The notes under the pieces were generated by a model. The model ran no database searches, was not told the DNA's origin, and worked only from the letters and a program-made list of their open reading frames with translations. A program made the translations under genes and the position numbers. Positions 15,832 to 23,531 of a DNA stretch of 27,429 nt are shown here, one piece after another. Source of the stretch: a candidate division WOR-3 bacterium (GTDB taxonomy: Bacteria > Hydrothermota > Tepidihabitantia > Tepidihabitantales > Tepidihabitantaceae); NCBI GenBank assembly GCA_039801225.1, contig JBDRUH010000016.1:1-27429 (forward strand). The letters are read 5' to 3'. Numbering within the stretch: position 1 is the stretch's first letter; each line of letters starts with the position of its first letter.

Positions 15832-17265
15832 TCAGGCTCCGGTAAGCGCCTGGTCAAGGTCGGCGATAATATCATCTGGATGCTCACCACCAACCGAAAG
15901 ACGAATCAAGTCGGGTGGGATGCAGGCCATCTCCCGGCACTCCTCACCCTGAAGGAGATGGGTGGAGATTGCCGGTATCGTTGCCACGGTTTTTATCCGA
16001 CCCAGATCGGTTGCCCGATAAATAATTTTAAACCGGTCAAACACCCGACGGGTCGCTTCGGGGCCACCTTCAGGAGAGAAGGCAAGGAGGTGGGTATACC
16101 GGTTAATCGGTTTACCATAACGGGGGTCTTTTTCGGCGTCAACGAGGTAGAGATACTTGCTGGCAACTTTATAAAGGGGATGGCTCTTCAGTCCGAGATA
16201 ACGGACTTCTTTCACCTTCGGGTGGTTCTCTAAAAACTCGGCGACTCTTAAGGCATTCTGGCTGAAAAGGTCAACCCGGTGGCGCAGGTCCCTGAGGTCA
16301 TTTAAGGTCATTAGCGCCTGAAAAGGATGGAGACAGCCACCCTGGTCGCGTTGAGGGTATCTCTTGAGATAAAGGGCAAAATCGGACTTCATCTCCTCGT
16401 TGGGAATGCTGGAGATAATTGGCTGGCGGGCGATAACCGCACCCGCCATTCCCATACCCGAAGAACTCATCACCTTGGTTACCGAATGAATAACAATATC
16501 AGCACCTAAGACCAGCGGGCGCATCAGTGCTGGTGAGGCGATAGTTGAGTCAACCACCATTGGAATACCGTTCTCATGAGCCAGGTCAATTACCGGTTTT
16601 AAATCAAAAAACTGCAAACCGGGGTTGGAGGGGAGTTCGGCATAGAGAAACCGGGTGTTGCGGTCAATCTTTTGCCGCCATTCATCAATATTGTTAGGGT
16701 CAAGCACCCAGCGCACCTCAATCCCCCTTTCCTGCATCTTGCGGACATTGAACTGCTGGAAGGTGCCACCATAAATTTGACACTGGGAGACAAAGTTGAC
16801 GCTTGGCGTCATTCCGAGGGGCGCCGAGGAGTCCCGGACAAGTAAAGTGTCGGTAACATTCTCAATCGCCGCCATACCAGAGGAATAACAGCAACAACTG
16901 GCTTTGATGTTTGAGCCATAGGTTTCCAGGAGAGCCAGGACATCTTCAAGATAACCAAGGGTTGGGTTGTGAATTCTACTATAGCACCAGGTGGGAATCT
17001 GATAGGAGAGCGCCGCCTCCAGTTCGGCTGAGTCCTGGTAAGCCTGGGCAGAGGAGAGAAATAATGGCTCAATGAGCGCCCCTTGATTTTTCTCTATCGC
17101 CTCGTCCATCGTATAAAGCCCGTGGACAGCAATGGTATCAAACCTGAGTTTTTTTGCTCTGTGCCAGCGATTCTCTCGCTGGGCAAGAGCCAGTTTTGCC
17201 TTTTCAATATAATATTGAATTCCGCTCTTTTGCCCGAGAGTATCCGGGCAATGCGAGTCTTTCAT
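15832..17265 (-). CDS. Cys/Met metabolism PLP-dependent enzyme (MetB/MetY/MetZ-like sulfhydrylase or gamma-synthase)
   Basis: FDTIAVHG, YSRIHNPT, SSGMAAI, IYGGT, ELPSNP, VVDST, HSVTK (PLP Lys), LIRLSVGGEHPDDIIADLDQAL; SD AAGGAGG. Confidence 0.88.
   Translation of the reverse strand: MKDSHCPDTLGQKSGIQYYIEKAKLALAQRENRWHRAKKLRFDTIAVHGLYTMDEAIEKNQGALIEPLFLSSAQAYQDSAELEAALSYQIPTWCYSRIHNPTLGYLEDVLALLETYGSNIKASCCCYSSGMAAIENVTDTLLVRDSSAPLGMTPSVNFVSQCQIYGGTFQQFNVRKMQERGIEVRWVLDPNNIDEWRQKIDRNTRFLYAELPSNPGLQFFDLKPVIDLAHENGIPMVVDSTIASPALMRPLVLGADIVIHSVTKVMSSSGMGMAGAVIARQPIISSIPNEEMKSDFALYLKRYPQRDQGGCLHPFQALMTLNDLRDLRHRVDLFSQNALRVAEFLENHPKVKEVRYLGLKSHPLYKVASKYLYLVDAEKDPRYGKPINRYTHLLAFSPEGGPEATRRVFDRFKIIYRATDLGRIKTVATIPAISTHLLQGEECREMACIPPDLIRLSVGGEHPDDIIADLDQALTGA
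16808..16835 (+). repeat. Palindromic element GTC-ATTCC-GA-GGGGCGC-CGA-GGAGT-CCC, in frame in the PLP enzyme (RDSSAPLGMT)
   Basis: Core differs from GAGCGGAGCCGA at 2 positions; 5' end TCATTCCGAG shared with the copy at 20949. Confidence 0.65.
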
Positions 17266-17292
17266 AGTTCCTCCTTGGTAATATGATATTGG

Positions 17293-17321
17293 ATTATGCC
17301 TTACCCTCCCCTTGATGTCAA
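17293..17321 (-). promoter_or_regulatory. Promoter TTGACA-N17-CATAAT for the PLP enzyme-thrC-apgM operon
   Basis: Near-consensus boxes on the reverse strand; short leader with SD. Confidence 0.75.
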
Positions 17322-17343
17322 TTTAAGAAATGCCCGCGCTCTG

Positions 17344-17406
17344 TGACCACTGACCGTGAGACGGAGGAGGGGAGGCGGAAGGCGGAAGGCGGATAACGGC
17401 TCACGG
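17344..17406. repeat. Nine in-register degenerate heptamers containing inverted repeat ACCGTGAG/CTCACGGT
   Basis: TGACCAC TGACCGT GAGACGG AGGAGGG GAGGCGG AAGGCGG AAGGCGG ATAACGG CTCACGG; abuts the C25 stop codon. Confidence 0.75.
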
Positions 17407-20400
17407 TTATTGAATACGCACCACCTTTTCTTGCCTGTCGTTAAACCGAATGAAGAATATACCATTTTGGTTTTTCCCGGGTTGCCAGGTCAGGGTTCCA
17501 GAAAGACTGGTAGGGTGGAATTCAAAGCGGTCTATGGCTCTGCCTGCGGCATCGTAGATGGTTATGGTAAGGGGAGCAGTTTGGGTTAATTGATAGCGAA
17601 TGGTAATCTTCCGATTGAAAATATGTGGAGTAATTTCAACTAAGTAAACCGGAGAGCGGTTTTGGGATTTTGGATTCTCGATTGCGGTGGGCGGTTCAAA
17701 CCAGTTTAAAGCGCTGTCAGAACTGCTTTTCATCTCGGCAACAGTTCTGCCACCGATGAGGGCAAAAGCAACAATCTGGCTGTCAGCCGGCAGAATTGTA
17801 TAAGGGCCGGAGGAGACAAGGGCGTGCCAGTTGCTCAAAAAGTTGCCGGTGGTTGACCTAAGTCTGCCGTCAAGGAAACGCAGCTTTTCACTTTTGGTGA
17901 ATCCATCACCTATATAGGTGTTGTGGTTTATGCAGTTTGCCCAACCGGTTACCTCTCGGGGGTATATTGCCCTAATGCCCAGCGCCAAAGTCTCCGGTGA
18001 TGCCTTTACATAGGCAAGGGTTCGGGCTGAGTCAGTGCCGCCGTAATCCGCAATATCATCAGAATTCCAGGGTGCAGTCCGGAAGTCGCAGGCGACTCCG
18101 GTCCAGAGGTTAGTTATTGTGTCTGACGAGTTGTTGTGAATCCGATACTCTAAGACAATAAAGTCGTTATATCGGGGAAGGGCGCTGACAAAACTGCGCT
18201 GGGTAATCGTCAAACCTTTCGGCTGGGGGTGGTTGGCGTCGGAGAAGACACAGCGATACTCCTGGTTACCAAGTTCCGGGGGAAAGACCGGACGGAGGGA
18301 ATCCACTATAGCAAAGTCGTGAGGGGTAAATTGCCACGGGATGGAATAGTAGTTGTCCGCAACCCAGCAGGTATCAGGAGTGGTGATGCCGAGCAAAAAG
18401 GAGCCGTGCATCATTGCCGAAGAGGACCAGGCTCTGCTCTTCGGGTAGATTAACCCCAGCCCCTCACCCCGCCAGGTGGTAGTGCCGATGCCACCATTGG
18501 CGCAAACGCCAATAACAAAGTTGCCAGTGTCGTGAATCGCCCAGGTGCCACTGCGGGCGTAGGGCATTCCAACAGTCAGTTCAAACTGGGACTCCCACAT
18601 CCCGGCTTTGCCGGTGATGTTTAACAGCAGTTCCAATTTCGCGCCCTGAGGACAATCTTTGCTTACCCGGAGCCGGTAGGCATCACCCCGGGCGGTGTCA
18701 TCCGGGGGAATAGAACCGTAATTGCTAATGGAGTCAATGATTGTAAGATAGGGTGAGTTGGAATGAAGCACCCCCTGAGTATTTAAACTGAGTAAATTTC
18801 CCTTATTGGTTACCACCAGATAGATGTCAGTTTCTTCACCGGGGTCAAGCCGACCATTGGCATCATCCACCGAGTGGTGGTGATAAACTACGAGTGGTTT
18901 ATCGCTACCAGTATGGGTAAAGATATCCTTTTGATATGGTGCGCCATCCTGGCAGGTTACCGACAATTTTAATCTCCAGGTGTCGCTAACAAATGGCAGG
19001 GCGACTTTAGCAACACCTGACGAATTGGTAATGCTCCGACCAATCAGTTCATTCTGATGCAGAATCGCCACCCGGGCACCGGGAGCCGGTGTAGAGTTGG
19101 GATAATATACCTCAACGGTGAAGACCTGGGGCTGGGCAGGGATTGTGTCCGGGCAGATCACACTCAAAAGTTGCGGCTTGGTGCGCCACATAACCATTGT
19201 TGGGTCACCCTGCAGGGTCCAATCGTAAAGTGACCAGCGGTAGGTCATCTGACTGAATGCCGCATTCCGATAAAAGTCCTTGGCGAGGGCATAGGCACGC
19301 CCCTGGGTCATCCCCTTGATATAGTTTTTATAGAACTCCATACAGAGATTCTCAGATGGCCCCATAGTGGGTGGTGCTCCCCAGCCATAACGGGCATTGA
19401 GGCAGGTGGAGACCGCACCGCCATTGGTGATGTTAATGAATTGCTCACCCAAGCAGTCATATTCGTCAAAGTTGCCACAGTCGCAAGCCATAGAGTTGAC
19501 GATGCAGGGTTTGGTGGTGTTGGTGAGTGAAGTCAGATTGGAGGTGGAGAAGGTGGCGCCAAAGGCATCATAAGAGCCATGACCGGCAAAATGGAAAAGA
19601 TGCCGGCCGGAGTTGATCCTGGCGACACACTGGCTCGGCGACATATCCAACATAGAATCCACCAGCCAGGTTCCCGACCCGGAAAGGGCGGTGGCGATGT
19701 TCTTATTTACAATCCGTCCGTAATAGTCAATGAAGGACCAGAGGGCTTCAAAGGGTAAAAGGCAGTTGTTGAGATAGGTGGTGTCGGGATGGAGTTCATA
19801 CAAAGTATCTTTGTGAAGGAAGTTGGTACAGTTAGTGGCGTTGTCAAAAGGAAGTCGCCCAACAATTATGTCAGAATAAAGGTCAACCGAGTCGGGGTTA
19901 AAGTTGTAGGAGTAGTATTCACCAAACTGACTGTTGTTGTTGGCATCCCAGGTTCCATCCAGGTCCGAATAGTAAAGGTCGGCAGGCACATCATAGGGGT
20001 CATTAGGCAGATACCCGTACCGGCAGGGAACATATTGAACATCCCCGGCTAAAATCACATATTTTAACCCCTGTTTATTGAACTTATCTTTAAGCATATT
20101 CCGGATTTTCTCCGGGTTGTCTCTACCCGAATATTTCGTATATACCGTCTCGGTCGGAATAATTTCGGTAAAATATCCCTTTTTCCTTAAATGGTGGCAT
20201 AGACCGCTGAGTTCTGAAGCCAGGGTCGCAGATGTTACAATCACCACATCCAGTTCATCGCCGTCAAACTCCTTTGTTACTGGTGCCCAGCGGTTCACAT
20301 CCGTCTGATTGATGACCAGTTGCTGCACATAATCTTGAAAGACCTCCCTCTGTCCCGAAGTAAGGGTGGGTGGAGGGGTTAGTTTTTTTTCATATTCAAT

Positions 20401-20916
20401 CTCAAGGAGGACACGCCGGGCAAAAAATAGTCTGCCAGATTTTGGGTGATAGCGAAATGGGCAGAATAAAAAACCAGCAATTTTAAAACCGGACTTTGAA
20501 CCCTCTGGCACCGGTTGCGATATTTCCACTGGATACCCCTCATCGCTCTCATAAACCGCTGGTTTTGGCTCAACAAAAGGAGCGGAGTTAAATCGGGAGA
20601 GGGGTCGCATCGGTTGAACCGGATATATTCGGACCTCTTCTGCTATCTGAGACCACTCCACCTCTTTCAGCCGCACCGCGGTTAGCCGGGCATCAGCCGG
20701 TATTAAAACATTGCCCGATATTACCGGTAAAAGTGGCTCACCCGGTTCGGTTGTGGAGATAACAACCGTGCCCGGGGAAGGACATTTCAACTCTACAACC
20801 GTCCAGGTGTCCTTATTGATAAGGGTGACATTGACCGGAGAAATTTCCAATGGGACTGAAACGACGCCAGCAAGTGCTGCTGCCGTGCTAAAAATCAACA
20901 AAAAGCAACTTTTCAT
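17407..20916 (-). CDS. Secreted gingipain-family (C25) cysteine peptidase with propeptide, Ig-like modules and T9SS-like C-terminal domain
   Basis: Signal peptide; GEPLLPV propeptide; YVILAGDV, ADLYYSDLDG, VGRLP, FAGHGS (His), MACDCGNFD (Cys), LQGDP; tail ITIYDAAGR...GIFFIRF...KVVRIQ; SD AAGGAGG. Confidence 0.92.
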   Translation of the reverse strand: MKSCFLLIFSTAAALAGVVSVPLEISPVNVTLINKDTWTVVELKCPSPGTVVISTTEPGEPLLPVISGNVLIPADARLTAVRLKEVEWSQIAEEVRIYPVQPMRPLSRFNSAPFVEPKPAVYESDEGYPVEISQPVPEGSKSGFKIAGFLFCPFRYHPKSGRLFFARRVLLEIEYEKKLTPPPTLTSGQREVFQDYVQQLVINQTDVNRWAPVTKEFDGDELDVVIVTSATLASELSGLCHHLRKKGYFTEIIPTETVYTKYSGRDNPEKIRNMLKDKFNKQGLKYVILAGDVQYVPCRYGYLPNDPYDVPADLYYSDLDGTWDANNNSQFGEYYSYNFNPDSVDLYSDIIVGRLPFDNATNCTNFLHKDTLYELHPDTTYLNNCLLPFEALWSFIDYYGRIVNKNIATALSGSGTWLVDSMLDMSPSQCVARINSGRHLFHFAGHGSYDAFGATFSTSNLTSLTNTTKPCIVNSMACDCGNFDEYDCLGEQFINITNGGAVSTCLNARYGWGAPPTMGPSENLCMEFYKNYIKGMTQGRAYALAKDFYRNAAFSQMTYRWSLYDWTLQGDPTMVMWRTKPQLLSVICPDTIPAQPQVFTVEVYYPNSTPAPGARVAILHQNELIGRSITNSSGVAKVALPFVSDTWRLKLSVTCQDGAPYQKDIFTHTGSDKPLVVYHHHSVDDANGRLDPGEETDIYLVVTNKGNLLSLNTQGVLHSNSPYLTIIDSISNYGSIPPDDTARGDAYRLRVSKDCPQGAKLELLLNITGKAGMWESQFELTVGMPYARSGTWAIHDTGNFVIGVCANGGIGTTTWRGEGLGLIYPKSRAWSSSAMMHGSFLLGITTPDTCWVADNYYSIPWQFTPHDFAIVDSLRPVFPPELGNQEYRCVFSDANHPQPKGLTITQRSFVSALPRYNDFIVLEYRIHNNSSDTITNLWTGVACDFRTAPWNSDDIADYGGTDSARTLAYVKASPETLALGIRAIYPREVTGWANCINHNTYIGDGFTKSEKLRFLDGRLRSTTGNFLSNWHALVSSGPYTILPADSQIVAFALIGGRTVAEMKSSSDSALNWFEPPTAIENPKSQNRSPVYLVEITPHIFNRKITIRYQLTQTAPLTITIYDAAGRAIDRFEFHPTSLSGTLTWQPGKNQNGIFFIRFNDRQEKVVRIQ
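17656..17684 (-). repeat. Degenerate AATCC-type heptamers in the linker before the C25 C-terminal domain (IENPKSQNR)
   Basis: Reverse strand AATCGAG AATCCAA AATCCCA AAACCGC; resembles the units at 23384-23513. Confidence 0.45.
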
Positions 20917-20925
20917 AAAGCCTCC

Positions 20926-21036
20926 TTATAACAAACCAGCCGGTTTTATCATTCCGAGCCTGAAGAGCCAAGGAATCTCCGGTAATGGGATTGGTTCCCT
21001 GATTCGGGTCGCAATGAGCGCCTGGTTGTTTGTCAT
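20926..21036 (-). CDS. Possible 36-aa ORF MTNNQALIATRIREPIPLPEIPWLFRLGMIKPAGLL (absent from the ORF track)
   Basis: AAGGAG 10 nt before ATG; its TAA overlaps the SD of the C25 gene; largely made of repeat DNA. Confidence 0.3.
   Translation of the reverse strand: MTNNQALIATRIREPIPLPEIPWLFRLGMIKPAGLL
20949..21017. repeat. Inverted doublet of two palindromic elements (REPIN/BIME-like arrangement)
   Basis: Plus copy TCATTCC-GA-GCCTGAAGAGC-CAA-GGAATCTCC (20949-20980); minus copy TCATTGC-GA-CCCGAATCAGG-GAA-CCAATCCC (20987-21017). Confidence 0.8.
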
Positions 21037-21055
21037 ATAACTTGAACTCCTTACA

Positions 21056-21083
21056 AATTTACCGTTAATTTAAGGAGGGTCAA
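21056..21083 (-). promoter_or_regulatory. Promoter TTGACC-N16-TAAATT for the C25 gene, overlapped by an imperfect inverted repeat (CTCCTT...AAGGAG, 21047-21077)
   Basis: Reverse-strand reading. Confidence 0.5.
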
Positions 21084-21154
21084 TCTTTTTTTAGGTCACA
21101 GCCGACAGCTGATAACCAACTGTCAAAGGAGGGCGGACGGTAATCGGTGAATAT

Positions 21155-21182
21155 TTGACTTGAGAAGATGGTGGATTATTCT
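21155..21182 (+). promoter_or_regulatory. Promoter TTGACT-N16-TATTCT; 7 nt before ATG 21190
   Basis: Near-consensus boxes; no SD before the ATG. Confidence 0.65.
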
Positions 21183-21189
21183 TAAAAAT

Positions 21190-22452
21190 ATGGTGGTCAA
21201 AAGTTGTAATGACCAAACAGGAAAGACGACGGCAAAATTTGCTTCGGTAATTGAGGCGGTGCGGGATATCCGGCAGGGGAAAATGGTGATTGTGGTTGAT
21301 GATGAGGAGCGGGAAAATGAGGGTGATTTAATCTGTGCTGCCGAGAAGATTACTCCAGCCAAGGTTAACTTTATGGCAAAGTATGGTCGGGGTTTAATCT
21401 GCGTGGCTTTGACTCCTGAGCGTTGCCTGAAACTGAACCTGGTTGCCCAGACCGAAAACCCCACGGCAATTCACGGCACCGCCTGGACCGTCTCAGTGGA
21501 TGCGGTTAAAGGTACCACCACCGGTGTTTCTGCTCATGACCGGGCGGTAACCATTCGTGCTCTTGTTGACCCCAACACCAAACCCACAGACCTTGCCCGG
21601 CCGGGACATGTGTTTCCCTTAAGTGCCCGGGAGGGTGGTGTGCTGGTGCGTGCCGGTCATACCGAGGCAGCGGTTGACCTGGCACGGTTGGCAGGTTTGA
21701 AGCCAGCGGGTGTGCTGTGTGAGGTTATGGCCGATGATGGCAGAATGGCGAGATTGCCAACCCTCCGCCGGCTGGCAAAGAGGTTTGGGCTGAAGATTCT
21801 CACAATAAAAGATTTAATTGAATACCGACGGAGGAACGAAATACTGATCAGGCGGGTGGTGACAACCAACCTGCCGACAAAGTTCGGCGAGTTTCGGTTG
21901 GTTGTTTATGAGGACAAAATTGATGGTTATGCCCATTTGGCACTGGTGAAGGGAGAGGTAAAAGGAAAGGAAAGGGTATTGGTGCGGGTTCACTCACAAT
22001 GCTTAACCGGTGATGTCCTTCACTCCCTGCGCTGCGACTGCGGCGAGCAGTTGAGTCAGGCGATGAGGATGATTGCTGAGGAGGGTAGGGGTGTCCTTCT
22101 TTATATGCGGCAGGAGGGTAGAGGGATCGGAATTACCAACAAACTACGGGCTTATGCCCTTCAGGACAAAGGTCTGGACACGGTGGATGCGAACCTGGCA
22201 CTGGGGTTTCAGCCCGATTTAAGGGACTACGGAATTGGTGCCCAGATTCTCTGCGACCTCGGACTTTCCAGTATCAGGCTCTTGACCAATAATCCCAAAA
22301 AAATCATTGGTCTGGCAGGTTTTGGGCTGAGGGTGGTGGAAAGGGTGCCGATTGTCGTTAAGCCGAACCGGCGAAATTTGAAATATTTAGTAACCAAAAG
22401 GGACCGCCTGGGACATCTCCTGGGTGATATTGAGAAAGGAGTAGAGGTATGA
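21190..22452 (+). CDS. ribBA: Bifunctional DHBP synthase / GTP cyclohydrolase II (start ATG 21190 preferred)
   Basis: [54 protein letters not shown]. Confidence 0.97.
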   Translation: MVVKSCNDQTGKTTAKFASVIEAVRDIRQGKMVIVVDDEERENEGDLICAAEKITPAKVNFMAKYGRGLICVALTPERCLKLNLVAQTENPTAIHGTAWTVSVDAVKGTTTGVSAHDRAVTIRALVDPNTKPTDLARPGHVFPLSAREGGVLVRAGHTEAAVDLARLAGLKPAGVLCEVMADDGRMARLPTLRRLAKRFGLKILTIKDLIEYRRRNEILIRRVVTTNLPTKFGEFRLVVYEDKIDGYAHLALVKGEVKGKERVLVRVHSQCLTGDVLHSLRCDCGEQLSQAMRMIAEEGRGVLLYMRQEGRGIGITNKLRAYALQDKGLDTVDANLALGFQPDLRDYGIGAQILCDLGLSSIRLLTNNPKKIIGLAGFGLRVVERVPIVVKPNRRNLKYLVTKRDRLGHLLGDIEKGVEV

Positions 22453-22922
22453 ATCAAACCGAATATAAAGGCAAATTGGATGCCGCAGGCAAAAGGTTTG
22501 CCCTGGTAGTTTCCCGGTTTAATGAGTTTGTCAGCCGGGAGTTGGTCAGTGGTGCGGTTGACTGTTTTGAGCGGCATAATGCCGAGGAGGTAGCGGTTGT
22601 ATGGGTACCCGGGGCTTTTGAGATTCCGGGGGTAGTTCGGGAACTTGCCCGCTCTAAGAAGTTTGCCGCGGTGGTGGCGCTCGGGGCAATAATTCGCGGG
22701 GACACACCCCATGCGGAGTATCTTGCTACCGAGGTGGTAAAGGGGCTCGCCGATGTTACTCTGGAGACCGGTGTCCCGGTTACCTTTGGAGTGATTACCG
22801 CCGAGACATTAGAGCAGGCGCTGGAACGGGCAGGTGCCAAGCAGGGCAACAAAGGGTTTAATGCGGCACTGGCGGCGATTGAAATGGCGAATCTGCTTTT
22901 GGCTCTCGGCCGTCAGCCGTGA
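22449..22922 (+). CDS. ribH: 6,7-dimethyl-8-ribityllumazine synthase
   Basis: [41 protein letters not shown]. Confidence 0.97.
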   Translation: MNQTEYKGKLDAAGKRFALVVSRFNEFVSRELVSGAVDCFERHNAEEVAVVWVPGAFEIPGVVRELARSKKFAAVVALGAIIRGDTPHAEYLATEVVKGLADVTLETGVPVTFGVITAETLEQALERAGAKQGNKGFNAALAAIEMANLLLALGRQP

Positions 22923-22950
22923 GCCGTTAGTTGTGAACTGTTGGCTGTGT
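22909..22950 (+). repeat. Six degenerate heptamers GCCGTCA GCCGTGA GCCGTTA GTTGTGA ACTGTTG GCTGTGT filling the ribH-nusB junction
   Basis: Direct reading; reverse complement contains TAACGGCTCACGG, also present at 17394-17406. Confidence 0.8.
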
Positions 22951-22951
22951 T

Positions 22952-23392
22952 ATGACCCAGCGAAGGCTGGCGCGGGAATCGGCAGTGGAGGTGCTTTATC
23001 GCCTTGACCTGGTGGGTGACGAGCCGGAGGACACCATTCAGGAGATTTGTGCCCGGAAAAACCCCTCCGAGGAGGCGGAGACTTACCTGCGCCGGCTGGT
23101 GCAAACGGTAGAGAATCACCGTCGGGAGATAGACCTGACCCTGCGCCGTCATCTGAAACACTGGGATTTGGAGCGTTTGACCTTTTTAGACCGGGCGGTT
23201 CTGCGGATAGGTTGTGCCGAAATTTTATATTTTAATGATGTTCCGCCCAAGGTGGCGATTAATGAGGCGGTAGAAATTGCCAAAAAGTTTGGGGAGGACC
23301 GGTCAGGCAAATTTGTAAATGGGGTCTTAGACAGTGTGTTCCGAGCCAGCGGACGGCATTCCGAAAAAGGGGAGGCGAATGAGAAACCCTAA
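22952..23392 (+). CDS. nusB: Transcription antitermination factor NusB
   Basis: RRLARESAVEVLY, WDLERL, DRAVLR, VPPKVAINEAVEIAKKFG, KFVNGVLD; classic ribH-nusB synteny. Confidence 0.96.
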   Translation: MTQRRLARESAVEVLYRLDLVGDEPEDTIQEICARKNPSEEAETYLRRLVQTVENHRREIDLTLRRHLKHWDLERLTFLDRAVLRIGCAEILYFNDVPPKVAINEAVEIAKKFGEDRSGKFVNGVLDSVFRASGRHSEKGEANEKP

Positions 23393-23513
23393 ATCCGAAA
23401 TCCTAAATTCTAAACAAATTCAAAGCACCAATGTTCTAAATCCAAAATGTTTTGATAATTGGGATTTTGGTATTAGAAATTGTTTAGGATTTAGTACTTT
23501 GGAATTAGGATTT
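23384..23513. repeat. 130-bp AT-rich imperfect palindrome built from AAATCC(T)-like heptamers
   Basis: Two 64-nt arms (23384-23447, 23450-23513) in exact register, each 4 heptamers + AAACAA + about 4 heptamers. Confidence 0.88.
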
Positions 23514-23531
23514 ATTTAGAAGCCGTGGTAA

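Noticed and set aside
17266..17340. SAM riboswitch, T-box or attenuator before the Met/Thr operon
   Set aside because: The predicted leader is only about 20 nt and no conserved motifs are seen.
17356..17589. 77-aa ORF MRRRRGGGRRKAD
   Set aside because: Starts in a heptamer array and runs antisense to the C25 gene; no SD or recognisable domain.
20711..21040. 109-aa plus-strand ORF
   Set aside because: Antisense shadow of the C25 5' end and its leader.
21084..21190. FMN riboswitch upstream of ribBA
   Set aside because: No RFN consensus recognised, and the predicted promoter leaves essentially no leader.
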